From assembly GCF_009914755.1 (NCBI RefSeq), contig NC_060926.1: a DNA stretch of 64,000 bases. The stretch is one strand, 5' to 3'. The stretch's first letter is position 1. The number at the start of each line of letters is the position of its first letter. This DNA comes from the human T2T-CHM13v2.0 reference genome, Homo sapiens. The notes under the pieces are model-generated. The model was not told where the DNA came from, searched no databases, and saw only the letters and a list, made by a program, of their open reading frames with translations. Below, in pieces: positions 29,208 through 44,054 of this stretch. A program made the translations under genes and the position numbers.

Positions 29208-32200
29208 GCTTCACGCTACTCACTAAAACACTTCACCACCAGCAATACAGCTTGAGTTCTTCCATTAAGTCACCAAATAAAGTGATCAGCCTAATTCTCT
29301 CATTTCTTTCCCATAGTTCCTCCAAGGAGTTTGACGTGGGGTGGGACTTATCTCCCAGTATAATTGTTATTTTTCCAAATAAATCTTATAGAGTTCCATT
29401 CTGAATGAAGTACAATACTAGAGCTAAACCCACGAAACTCTATTTCATGGTTTTACTTGCATATATATGAGTCCCACTCTGGAATCCATGCTGACACCAG
29501 GACCAAGCAAATGACTCCAGAATTGGCCCAAAGTAGACCCAAGCTGGGTGTTGATATTTGCAATAGCCAAGCTGGATGCTGAGCAGCCATCATTTTTCAG
29601 CTAATTTTCTCCTTTCCCCTCCTCCCTTGCTCCAGGTAGAGCATTATTCATTAAGAGTGCTGCAGAGCTCAGTAGAGCTCATTCTCGCTGAGATAGCCTC
29701 TATGATCTTCTGAAGCCTTTAAAAGGGAATGAGCCTTGGCCTCCTTTTTATGGGCTACATTATGACCTGGCTTCAAAGTGTGAAAAGAGGTTCCAAGATT
29801 CCCTTTGTGCGGTGGAGTCTCTTAATTGCACTTTTAAACACAGTGTAATTTTTGTAATTAACATTATGGTTTCAGAGGGCAGAGAAGCCCGCACCGTGCT
29901 AATTACAAACCCACGTCTTCAGAGTTGCGGAATTTCCAAGGCCTCTGATATTGGGGCGGAATACAGTTTTTATGAAGGATTTCAAAGATCCTCTGTGGGC
30001 TGTGTTCTGAGTCATCATTAGCATTTGATAACATAAAGAAATTTTACAACATGTGACAGATTTTCTATGTGAAGATTTTACCTGATAACCGGAAAATTTG
30101 CATAAAGAGTTTCATTAGGTCTCCTCTCACATTACTGAAAGAGTAAGAAGTATAGTGCACTCTTTCCCTAAGATTGTTCTTAGGAGCCAAGGAATTGGTG
30201 CTTTAGAATAAAATTTACAGTATATTATGAAGTGAAGTTGTAATAATCTTCAATGATGTTGAAAATCAGAGGATACGTGGCTTTTAAGCAGAGGGAGAGA
30301 ATATGTATCAGAATTACTGAGTAACTGAAAACCTTGCAGGAGAGGTATATTGTACTATTCTGTGCCATATAAAAGACATAGTCCTGCTAGGCTGCAGAGT
30401 CAAGGTGAGAGCTTCATATATATATAACACCAAGCGGCAATAATGTGTAATTTTTTCACTCTGTGAAGAGTCTGTTCACTGAGGAAAATTATCTTCCTCT
30501 TATTCCAGAGGCAAGTTTATCTTTCCTTTACTTTTCAATCCAAGCCATCAACTGAGTAGTGTGTACACATTTGTGTAAAGATTCTCTCATGTGCACACAC
30601 ACGGGTGCACACACTCACATATACACACACTTCCAAAGCTGCAGTGTGCATTCTTTGCAGGGTGATCACAGCTTCTGCAAAGACGGACTGGCCTTTCTTA
30701 GGCTGATAATGCCAGAAATTGTACTGTGAGGTAGGAATTGAGTCCCAAGGCCATCCATTTGCTGAAATCCTTTCACTGAGCATGGATCAATTAAGCCAGT
30801 AATAGTGATAATTTGGGGAAAGCTTTCTGTCATGATGGGAACAAGAATTCATCATTATTCCATGCTGTCTTATTATTTCAACACCATACATATGCCGTTG
30901 GATGTATAGCAGTAGCTTGCGGCATTATCTCAGTGGGACGCATTTCCCTTCATGAGAGAGTCTTTTCCTTGGCGATTATGCAGATAATGCATAGCTTTGT
31001 AATGACATCACAAATAGAATCCAAAGTCCTAAGAAACAATTAGGGAAGTATATCAATACTTCCTTGTAATCATAACATCATCTGACTTCCAGTGGGATGC
31101 CAAGCTGGCTCCCCAAGTTCCATAATCACGTAGAAGCATTAATGGCTGCTTCACAATCCATCTTGGAGCCTCACAAATCCTGGCAGTGGAGACAAATTAA
31201 TATGCATTTTAGCCCATTGTCAACAATAGAAATCACACTGGGGTTTTGATCACAGAACCTAGGGTGAGATCCAGGCAAATTAATCTACGCTGAAAAAAGC
31301 TGGACCCTCTGTATACTGACCTCAGGCAAAATGAAGACTGGACTAAAAAAATACAAAAGCCAATATTCCCTGAAAGTTAAACACCAACGAATCCTTGCAG
31401 ACAATTGTGACATTTTCCTTTTGCAAAACTATTTCTGCGAGTGGGCTTTTAATTTTTTTCCTTGAGTTATTTTTCCCATGCAATATTTCCTTCCAGCCTA
31501 GCTTAATTCTCCTTAAAAATAAACATCCTTTTTTTTTCATGGGGGAAAAGGACCACTTTCTCTAATTGGTTTAAGGCATGTCAGTCACCTCAGCCTGTAA
31601 GGGATGCAAAACCATACTCTAAGTGGACTTTTAAAACCACATGGTAGGTTTTACAAGTTCTCTTCTCTCCTGCTGAGGGGAAAGCGGTATGAGGAGGATT
31701 CAATCATAGCTCTGGATTCCTTTTCCAATATTAGGAAAGGAACAAAACTCTTCTCTCCCAACTCTTGTAGCTCCCAACAAACAGAAATGGAAATTTTAGA
31801 TAAATGATCAAACTTACCTAGTATATAGCTTTTATTTTTACAAAATATTTGCTTCCAGCAGAGTGTATCTTAATTCACAAATGCAGAAATCTGTCATTAA
31901 GATCTGACCCAGCTGCATGGCATTGTCAAATGCAATAACGTATCTTTTAATAGTTTTATATCAAGTAAGGATATAACATATCATTAGTTTAAATGTATTT
32001 GCAAGCAATTACCCCCACCAGGATATTTGAGAATGCTCATGCAAAATTGATGAAATTCTGACATGCCTAAACATTGTTCATTTAGCTCAATTCCTTATGT
32101 ATAGAAAAAATAGAATAAATAATTCTGCTGCCATTTGCAAACCACTGTTCAGCATTTTTATTCCACTCAGGGCTTCAGTGCTGCCTTTAAAGTACAGCCT

Positions 32201-33109
32201 TTGGTGATCATTTGAAAAAAAAAATAGTTTCATATATGTTTAATTTTAAATAATGGACTAGATTTTTCATTCTCCTTATTATTGTTCAATGTAGTAATTT
32301 AAATATGGAGTAGATTTACTGCATGTCAGCTGCCTTTCTTTTACAAAATGGGATAAATTATTAAATGAGTAGAGGTTGTTTGACAACCAGTTTTCCAGTA
32401 CTACACAAAAGAAAGACCTTTGCCATTCAGCTGTCTTCTAAAAAGAATAAAGTATAAATCAATTAAGTCACTATGCTGTGGTTCAGAAATGCCATGCTAT
32501 GGCACAGTTTTCCTTTGCCTCTCAGGTGACTTTCAGATAGTGTCACCCTGACATTTGCATGGACAGAATGATAGCTATGTTGAGATCCTCCAGCGTCTTT
32601 CCTGGGTTTCTAAAACCTTCTTTGGCTGAACGAAGCATGCCCTACCAAAACATGAGAGACAAACAACAGCCAACAGGTTCCTTTCTGATTTTTTTTTACT
32701 GTACTGGTGAATGTTATATACTAATGATTGATTAATGTTTTTTCTGCTTTTGGATTTTGCATGCAATCTTTAATATGTTCACTGTGCCAAAGTAGAGAAA
32801 TCTTGTGATGAACATCTCATCACCCTTTATGCAAGCAAGGTGAGAAATTGCATTTCAATGCCTTTCTATGCTATTCCTCAATACCATATTAGCATCTGTG
32901 TAATTAATAATACTTCGAGCTCTGTCAAAATGAAATCACTTTTATTCTTTCCCCAAAGAGTATCATTTATTAACTATGTATGATCCCCAAATACATTTTT
33001 CTTTACTAATGTCACTAGTAACTATACCTTTTGAAATATTAATCCATCTATCCAAAGCCATAAAGACTAGTCAAATTATTTTAAACAAATCTAATCACTG
33101 TGAAAAACA

Positions 33110-33960
33110 GTTAAACTGATTATTTGGAGAGTCATGTGATAGGTGCTTTTGGAAGACTATTTCTGAGTGGAGCACTGCTGCAGGGCATGCAAAAGGAAGG
33201 ACAGTAAAACAAATAGATAAAAGGAAAGGTAAGGTGTCTTCTCTGAAGAAAATTCGAGTCTAGTTGAAGAGAGAAGACTGGTTGGTTCATATAACAATTA
33301 TCGAGGCACGAAACTATATATAATTGAGCTAAGTGTCAGAATATAATTGTGGTAGAATGTTAGAGTAAGGAGACATCAATAAAAGCTGGAAGTCTGCATT
33401 TAGAAAAGCTTCATGGATGATGGGTCTCATACAATGAGTAAGATTTAGATGGATGGAAAGAGGGAGCAGATTCTAGGTGAGATGGTCAAAATTCTTTGAA
33501 TTACGAAACATGTTTTTAAAATTTTTAAACAAAAGCATTTCTGGGAAGTGATAGGAAATTGAAATAAGTGTATTGGATAGTATCTATTTTGGGAGAACCC
33601 CAAAAAACATTAAGAAGGAAGCAGCACTTAAATGGGTTACATGAAGGGATACTCAGCCACTAACTCTTCTACAGCAATGAACTTCCAGACATGAAGCATC
33701 AGTCTAGGGTGTTGGCAGAAAGGCTAAATGGTGGGAAAAAGGGAAGCAGTCCAGTTATTGGACTGTTACAGTAATCCAAGGACAAGTTGATAAATTCCTA
33801 GGATATAATGGGGAAGTGGGAATGGAGAGGTTTCCTGGGCTGCTGATTAGCCAATAGAACACAGAGACTGACGGCTAAAGAGGCATCAAAATGTACTGGG
33901 AGGTACTGAATCAGGGTATGTGAGAAATTAATTAATGATGCTGCCCACAGGCAGATTGAT
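33110..33960 (-). mobile_element. L2, decayed
   Basis: agtctagttgaagagagaagac, atgagtaagatttagatggatgga and gactgttacagtaatccaagg. Confidence 0.6.
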
Positions 33961-34214
33961 AAAAGGACTGTGTTTCCTAAAAGACGTATCAGCAGAGGGA
34001 AGGAAAAAGAACAATAATTATTTTAACTTTTCGGCTACTTATTTTGTCACCATACAACTTGGCAATCATGCTGCTACACTCATTCTCACCCATAGCTAAT
34101 GCTACAAAACATTCACTTTCACATCATTCTTCCTTGCTTAACTGCATAGAGACTCAGAATCCTTTTCACCATTGATTTCAGGGAAGCTATTACAAATTAA
34201 TCAGAGTTAGTATA

Positions 34215-34217
<3 letters not shown>

Positions 34218-34249
<32 letters not shown>
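34218..34249. repeat. (CA)16 microsatellite
   Basis: Direct reading. Confidence 0.97.
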
Positions 34250-34251
<2 letters not shown>

Positions 34252-34569
34252 CACTCTGTCCCTAATTTATAAAAACAATAGAGGTACATATTAATGTAAT
34301 ATAATATTTAGAAAAAGATGAATGAAAAAATCTCAGAAAAACCATTCACATTTGCACATACACCACATGCACACACACACTTTTTACCAACAAGGGTCTC
34401 CATAGACCCAGAATGCTTAAAGATTGGGGAAAATTCTTTAGTTAATTCAAGCCCATGAATGATATGCTGGGATACTTAATGACAAAGTCTATCAGAAAAT
34501 GGTGACTGAAAGACAAATCTTCCACCATCATTTCCCAGTAAAAATATAATTAGGAAAAAATGCAGATAT

Positions 34570-35020
34570 ATTTCCAGGTGGCCCCAAGAAGCAAGCAGCT
34601 GGAGAAAGATCTAAAGCCAGAGAGAAAAAGGTGAGTGGGGAAAATAGCGGGAGAAAGCTTCAGTATTTGTCTTCAGGAGAGGAGACTACGAGGTAACTTA
34701 ATAATAGCTTTCAAGAGTTGGAAGAGTTATTCTGCAGGGAATGCTGACCAGCTGTTTTCCGTCTTTATTGAGGGCAGAATAAAAGGAGATGCACTAAACT
34801 GCAGGAGGAAGGATTTAATTTAGACATAGAAGAAGTGGCTTGATAATAAATGTTATTAGATGTTGGAATCAGTGTTAGAGGTAGCCCTGTTCTGTGGAGG
34901 GCTTGCAAGCAGGATTCACACACTGACCCTCAGGCCCAGCTGAGGGTGGGTACTGCTTGAAAGCAGTAGTTTAGGCCCACTGAACTCCCCTGTTCTCTTC
35001 CAGCTCCAGTATCTAAGATT
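34570..35020 (+). mobile_element. CR1/L3 LINE 3' end with a recognisable ORF2 C-terminal peptide
   Basis: ORF 34635-34823 LQERRLRGNLIIAFK...DQLFS...RIKGDAL resembles the CR1 motif LEKRRLRGDLI..FK...LFS..RTRG; terminal cttccagctc...ctaagatt. Confidence 0.8.
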
Positions 35021-36077
35021 TACCCCATCCACCCAGGCCTACCAGGTCAGTTAGAGCCATTCCAAGGAACGAAGAGAAAGTGGGCTATTCCCCAGCATGC
35101 AAACTTTCAACCATGTTTAACAAGGTGCCAGGAAAAACAAGCAGCTTGACCATAGATTCCCAAGCCTCCTGCCTTGTTAAATGCAGTTTATGGTTTACAC
35201 AAAACTGCTCTGTCTTAATTTGCTTCTTTCCTATAAATGAAATGGGGTACATTTAATATTCCTATGGGGCTGATGCATTAGCCAAGTTCATGCTGCATAT
35301 GGATTTAAAAGAAAATGGGTTCTTTTTTTTTTGCCAATCAGGGGTACCCATATTGAGAATCCCTAAAGAGAGAGAAGGTGGAACCCTAGGCCCTCATAAA
35401 TGATAGATGCTAATATTACTGACATACATCTAATCTGTGTTTTTCCCCTCCTGTGCTATTGTTGTTGTTGTTATTTCTGTTGTTGTTGTTGCCCTTCCTT
35501 ATAAAAATAGATGGATGCATTATAAAAATAGATGCATTAATGGGGCATCAAATTTGTAAATATGTATTACTTTTTACCCTGTTTTTCCCTACCTAGTCAA
35601 AGTTGGTGAAAGTTTATAATAATATTTAAAGGTAAGATACTAAAAGATTCTGGTATTCCTCAATCTCATACCTTGCACTTACTGATACTTAATAAATATA
35701 TGTTAAATAAATGACCAGGAGTTCTCTTTTTCATTCCCACACAGTCCATATGAAAGCTCTCCACATGGAAAAGCCCCTCAATAACTACTTTGCCCTCCTT
35801 GTAAAATGAGTCATCAGTCCTGCCAACATCTGAACTATTTCCCTCTCCCCAGTGAAGAATCAGATGTCCACAAGGGCGGAGGGAACACCCCACATGTGCT
35901 GTGCAGAGCTGGACATGTCCTTCACTCCCCTTGAATGCTGATGTGCTTTGTAGACAGTAACTGGGCCCTCTTCTTCTCCATATTCCTGAGATTGTTTTAC
36001 ATAATGCTTTGGGCATAAGGTACTCCACAAGTATCTGCCAAAAACTAAACAGAATACACAGAACAAAAGGAATGAGA

Positions 36078-36642
<565 letters not shown>

Positions 36643-39029
36643 TCATAAATAGTGTGAAAGCTTTGGAAGCTGACACTGGAAACAAGGACAGAAAGGAAAA
36701 CAATGGCTTCGTTGAATAAAATTGAAAAGATGAGCCAAAATGATCAACCCAACCCTATCATTACTGAATGCCTACAGATCTACTTGAAATTAGAGTCAGC
36801 ATCTTCCATTTCCCCAATGAGAGGGACATGTTATTACTGTTCATTGGCACTGATTTCAGTGGGACACCTATGTGGCAGGTCCAAAAGCAACCACAGCACC
36901 AGCTCTTAGATCTGGTTTTGAGATGTACATTGCAGGAATGAAAATTAAATGGAACATGGACTTCCATTTATTCTTCTGGTACAGACATGGTCCTCTTTCT
37001 CACTGAGCTTAAAACCTCTCCTTGTGTGACTCAGCATTAAAGGTAGCGTAGCCCTACAAATCCACTGGATTGGAATAGAGAGGGAATAAAACAAAGGGTT
37101 CAAATCTTTGCTTCTAGATCCATGAAGCAACATGGTAGCTGTTCTCAGACACCAAATACAAACAGGTCTAATTCCAAAGAATAATAACATGTAGACTTTC
37201 TGAATCTTGAAGGCAGGAATTTTTGCTCCATTTTGAATTATTGCCTGTTTATGAAAGAATATTTATCTTGCAGTGGAAATATATTTTTCAGACAATATGT
37301 TGAAGTACATTCAACCTATGTTGTATTCCTGCTATATGTTATGCATAGTGTTAGGTTTGTATGGAACTCACAAATATAATATGCAGGTCCAGTCTTCAAA
37401 ACATGAATAAGCAAGTTGGGAAAGCAATACTTATACAAATAAAAATAATAAAATAATCTAAAATAGTTTATGGTAATAAAATGTCAAATTTTGTGGTTCA
37501 GGCATAAAGAAACTTTTAGAGAGTTGAGTTCCACATGGGCCGGAATGGTAAAAGGAGAAATAGTAGTCACCAGGTGTGAAGGGGCCTTTAAGGAATGGCT
37601 GATGTGTGGACTGGAAAATGGAAAAAGTGTAAGCAAAATGCTCAGCGATGAAAGTGATAATGGTGTACGAGAGAAACAGATCTGATCTCTTCTACTTCTG
37701 ACCAATCAACTCTGAGGTCTTCCCCTTAGAAAATCCCTGCTAACCCAAAAGCTTCCAGGACTTTGAAGCCCCAAGAGGGTAAGTTCGAACAGACAGACAA
37801 GTTTTTTCAAGGATAGAGAAAACATCTACTGACCTCAAGCTTCCATATCAGAGGCTTCTCAGGAAAGAAAGCACAAAAAGGGTCAACTAACCAGTCCTGA
37901 TTGTACAAACTCTCTGAACTATGCCTTAAAGTATTGCTTCAAGATAAAAGGTTAAATGAGGTTTGAGTGCAGTGTAATAAACCTTCACTGTTCATAAAGC
38001 TCTGAGTGATAAATGTATGTATGGTTACTGTATAAAAATATTGGGGTCAAATGCCAAAGATCTCTGAGGCTAAGGGTTTTTTTTTTCTTTTGCATGGACA
38101 GGTGAAGGGCCCCAAATCATCAAATATCAAGAAAATGGCAGCTTGTCAGTCAAAGGCACAATCTGCTCCAGCTCACCAGAGAAGCCCATTCCCAAACTTC
38201 ACTCAGCCAGACATTATAAGCATTCTAGATGTGATATACAGCACACTATGGCATGTAATTTGTTTGGTTCCAAGAGACTAAGACAAGGGTTTGGAAGGTT
38301 CACTGCATTATAAAAGAGATATGCCCGGCTGCAGGTTTTCACATTTGTAAATAAAAAAATACCCTATTCCTCAATAACAGAACATCCAAGAGACAGGCAT
38401 GAGTTGGTATCCATGGAATAACTAAGAAGATTTCAACCACTGCATTATATACCAGTCTCCACCAGTAAAACAAGGAGGTACTGCCACTGAGTCCCATAGG
38501 GAAAGGCAAGGCTCTGCTTATGAGTAACTTTGGCCTATGGCATAATTTGTGCCATATGTTTTTAAACAGTAAAACTTGGACTCCTGCAGCAGTGAAGGAG
38601 TTTGTGTAAAAGTATCATGGGACTCATCATTTCTGCACAATGAAGAACCCATTTTTACTTCAGGCTCAACCTAGAATTTGTCCTGCTAGTAAAAAAAAAC
38701 AAAAAACAAACAAAAACAAAACAAAAAACAACACCTTGAATCATACAAACCATCTCCTTCTTTGTACCATGGGGCTGAGCACAGTAGCGAAGTTTAAGGA
38801 AACAAAAACCTATGGATACAAGGGAAAAGGAAAAGAGAGTACCTTGAAGTAATTAACTGCATGGAATTTGTAGAACATATTTAATAAAAGCAAAGGCCTT
38901 TTAAGAAAATCTGCTGACATGGACTTTTATTTGAAATCAAAATTTCGAGTCATTGCTGTTTTAGAGATTAAGAATTCCTCACAGTTAGCAATAAGGGTTT
39001 TACTAAGAGGAAGTGAAAAATCAGCTTCC

Positions 39030-39265
39030 ACTTTTGAGCAACTATTATGGACTAGACATTGGGTCAAGCAGTTCACAAACACCATGCACATTTAGTCTTC
39101 ACAGCAGCCTATGAGTATCTTACCTTATTTCTCAACTAGGGAAACAGGCCCAAAGAGATTTAATATCTTGTCCAAGTTAGACAGTTTGTAAGCATCTATA
39201 GTGGAATTCTAGAGAACATTGTCTGACTCCAAAGCCCATGTTCCTAGTCACAATTTACATCACTT
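39030..39265 (-). mobile_element. MIR
   Basis: tcttcacagcagcctatgag...gaaacaggcccaaagagatttaa...gtctgactccaaagccc. Confidence 0.8.
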
Positions 39266-39969
39266 CAACAGAGGGGGTGTATTAGTAGCTGTTTACTATA
39301 ATCAACCCCACCAGCCTGGCACGGAATACATAGCATGAGAAGAACCCAAATGATGAAAGAGGAGAAATCTGAACCATAGTGGAAAAAAGAGAAAATCCCT
39401 TCGCTTCCACTGGCTACAGTTTCCGTTAAACCCTTGGAGATAGATTTGGAAATAAATATCATAATGCTGTATATTGTTTATAGTTTGCTGTATGGATTTA
39501 TTGTTACATTTACTATATAGTAAACCAAATATAGTTCGAGGTTTCTAAATTTTTTATTTTATTGTTTTTATAAGGCCCCCAAAACATCTTAGATATTGTT
39601 ACAGAGAAATGCCTATAAAAGTGGACCCCAACTGGCTATTTATAATCAAGATGCAGGGCCTAAAGTGAGACGGTCAGGTAAACAGCACACTTTATAGTTT
39701 GTTTCACACTTTGGGACTTATTTCTGGCCATGAGGAGCTGGGCACAAAATATGATTAATTAATTTTTGCCTACCTATTTACAACATCATGAAGACATTCT
39801 CCTATGTTATCTTTAAAAAGTGTTACCTTTCACATTTAAGTCCTTTCATTTTTTTTCCTAACAGATACTCAGTGATTCAGCACTTTTATTAAAGAGAAAA
39901 TTATTTTCTCCATTGCACTGTGGTGGCACCTTTGTGTTATAATACATAAAATCATAACATAAAAACTTT

Positions 39970-40130
39970 CATGGTGGTGTGCATGTGTAACCCCAGCTAC
40001 TCAGTGAGCTGAGGTGGCAGGATCACTTGATCCTGGGAGACAGAGGTTGCAGTGAGCCTAGATCTTGCCACTGCACGCCAGCCAGGGAAACAGAGTGAGA
40101 CTCTGTCTCAAAAACAAACAAAAAACAAAC
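39970..40130 (+). mobile_element. Alu right monomer (AluJ/FRAM-like)
   Basis: ggatcacttga...gaggttgcagtgagc; (AAAC) tail; TSD aaaacttt. Confidence 0.88.
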
Positions 40131-41066
40131 AAAACTTTTGATATATTATAGTTTAAATCTTCCAAACTCCTTCATGATTATTTTGGCTATTCTTTCCATG
40201 TCCATGTCTATATAAATTTTAGATTCATTTTATCAATTTCCTTTTAAAAAATCTGCTGGGAATTTTATCAGAATGGAACTGAATCCATAGGTTAATTTGG
40301 AAAGAACTGACATATTTACAATGTTGAGCCTGCCATTCCAAGAACATGATAGGTTTTATTTAATTTCTCCATAATATTTTAGAGTATTCTTTATAGAAGT
40401 CTTAACAAATCTTTCATGAGATTTATTTCTAAGTAATTGGTCATCTGATGCTGTATTAAGTGGCATCATTCTTTCTTTACATTTTAATTTCTAATAGTTT
40501 GTTAACATTTTCTGGGGACTTGGCAATTCTGGGTCTTCCACCAAGACATACAAGAAAACCTTAACCTCGGAGATCTTTGGCACCTGACCCCCAACATTTT
40601 TAAAAATAACCTTGCACACATTTATCACTCAGAACTTTATGAACTGTGAAGGTTTGTTACATGGCACATAAAACCCAGTTGATTTTTACTACATTCACTT
40701 ATTAATTTTAATAAGTTGTCTTCAGTTCTTTCGGATTTTCTACATACAAAATCATGTCACCTGTGAATAATGGAAGTTTTACTTCTTCTTTTTAAATTAT
40801 TTATGCCTTTTCTTTTTTGCCTTGTTGTGCTGGTTAGGACCTCTAGTACAATGTCAGCTAGAACTGGCAAGAGCAGATCTTGTCTCCACAATCTCAGGGA
40901 AAATATTGCAATATTTTACCATTAAGTGTGAAGACTGTTGTAGATGTTTTGCAGATACTCTTTAGTAGATTAATGAAATGTTTTATTATCATGAATGGCT
41001 GCTGGATTTTTTCTAATCCTATCTTTTCAGTTATTAAAGTGATTATCAGATTTTTCTTATGGGTTC

Positions 41067-42125
<1,059 letters not shown>

Positions 42126-43348
42126 TGAATTTCTTTCAATGCAGTGACTTACACTGATTTTTTCAACTGTTAAACCAACATTTCTTTCTTGAGATGTAGA
42201 GCAAAGTTAGTCATGATGTATTTATCTTTTTATATATTATTAAAATTGGTAATATTTTATTTAGGAATTTTGCATCAATGTCTAAGAGAGAAATTGGCTT
42301 GTAATTCTGTTATCAAATTTAGGTTAGCATCATAGACTAAGTTGGAAAATATCCCATTTTTTCTATTCTTCCAAATAATTGATTTAAGATTGATTTATAT
42401 CTTCTTTAAGCAATTGCTAAACTTTGCCCAAAAGCCATTTGAAACTGGATCTTTGTGAGACTATTTTCAATAACAGATCCCATTTTTGCAATAGATCTAA
42501 TGTTTTTCATATTTTTTATTTCTTCTTGTGTCAGTTTTGGTAACTTGATAATTGCATTGTTCAAGTAAAGTTTACAGTTTGTCTAAATTGTAAAAATACT
42601 TTGGCATAAAGCCACTTTCCTTGGGTACATGGAGTTCAGTGACTCTTGTCTGGCTGCTGAAGCATGTGGAGTTCTGGGGACCAAGCCAACCCACAAACCT
42701 GCATCCTGAAGCCAAGTACCACCAAAAACTGCAACCTAAGACAAAGTTGCCTTGGGTGAGCTGTAGGCCAATGAACCAAATGAATGTTTAATGTGTTTTT
42801 GTGGTTGTTGCGCAGTAAATCACCAATGCATAATTTATGTCCCTGTTAATTAATCCTCTTTTCTGATTGGTCTAATCCTCTGTTAAACTGAATCCTGGGG
42901 TTGATAATTTTGGAAACTGTATTTATCAGTTCTTAGTTTTTATTTGTTAATTTAAAAAATATTCCACTTCTCCAACAAAAATCTCTGTCATATCATCTAT
43001 CTTCTTAACTATAGTAATCATAGATTTTATACAGCCTTGTCTAATAATTGCAATACCTAGAGTATCTGTAGGTCTGTTTATATTATCTGTTTCATAGTGT
43101 TTTTATTGAGATATAGTTGGTATACATTACACCTATTTAAAGGATAATGTTTAATAAGTTTTGACATCTATATACCCCTGAAAAAAACCATTGTCATAAC
43201 CAGCCTAATGAATTTACACATCACCTACAGAAGTTTCTTCATTCCCTTTTGTAATTCTTCCCTGCTTCCCCTACCCATACTGGCACCCACCCCCAGAAAT
43301 CATTCATCTAATTTCTATCATTACAGATTAGTTCGCATCTGTAAGAAT

Positions 43349-43459
43349 AATATATATGTGTATATATAAAATATGTTTGTATACATATATATATAGCATA
43401 TACACATATATACACATATATACATATATACATACATACACACATATGTTATATATATT
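43349..43459. repeat. (TA/CA)n compound microsatellite
   Basis: Direct reading. Confidence 0.93.
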
Positions 43460-44054
43460 AATTATGCTATGGCAAAGAAGCCAGACTATATATATAAATT
43501 TACCATAGCATAATTATTCTGAGTTTCATCCGTTTTATGGCATGCATCGAGTTCATTCCTTATTGACACATTATATGGGTATACCATAATAGTTTATTCA
43601 CTCACCTACTGATTGATATTTCATTCTAACAATAGTGTCTTCCAAAGGGCAGGGGTCTTTTCTTGTTGTGATTTTCATAAAGTCTAATTTACCAGTTTGT
43701 CTTTTATGTGTCATGCTTTTGGCATTCAATCTAAGAATACCAAATGCTTTTGGTATTCTGTCTATGAAATCCTTTCTAAATTAAGGTCACAAATGTTTTC
43801 CTCTACATTTTCTTCTAGATGTTTTATAGTTTTAAGTTTTACATTACCTATTTGGAGTTAATATTTGTATACATTTTGGTGTATGGATCAAAGCTCTTTT
43901 TGTTTCCCTGCATATGGATATGACAGAACATTTGATTGTCCTTTTTCATAAAATATCCTGAATACCTTTATCAAAAACTAGTTGCCTGTATGTAGGTAGG
44001 TCTATTTCTTGACTCTTCATTCTATGCCACTGATCTTTTTGTCTGTCTCTACAC

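Noticed and set aside
35499-35538. Duplicated ttataaaaatagatg as tandem MEF2 sites
   Set aside because: Each copy mismatches the YTA(W)4TAR consensus; better explained as a small slippage duplication.
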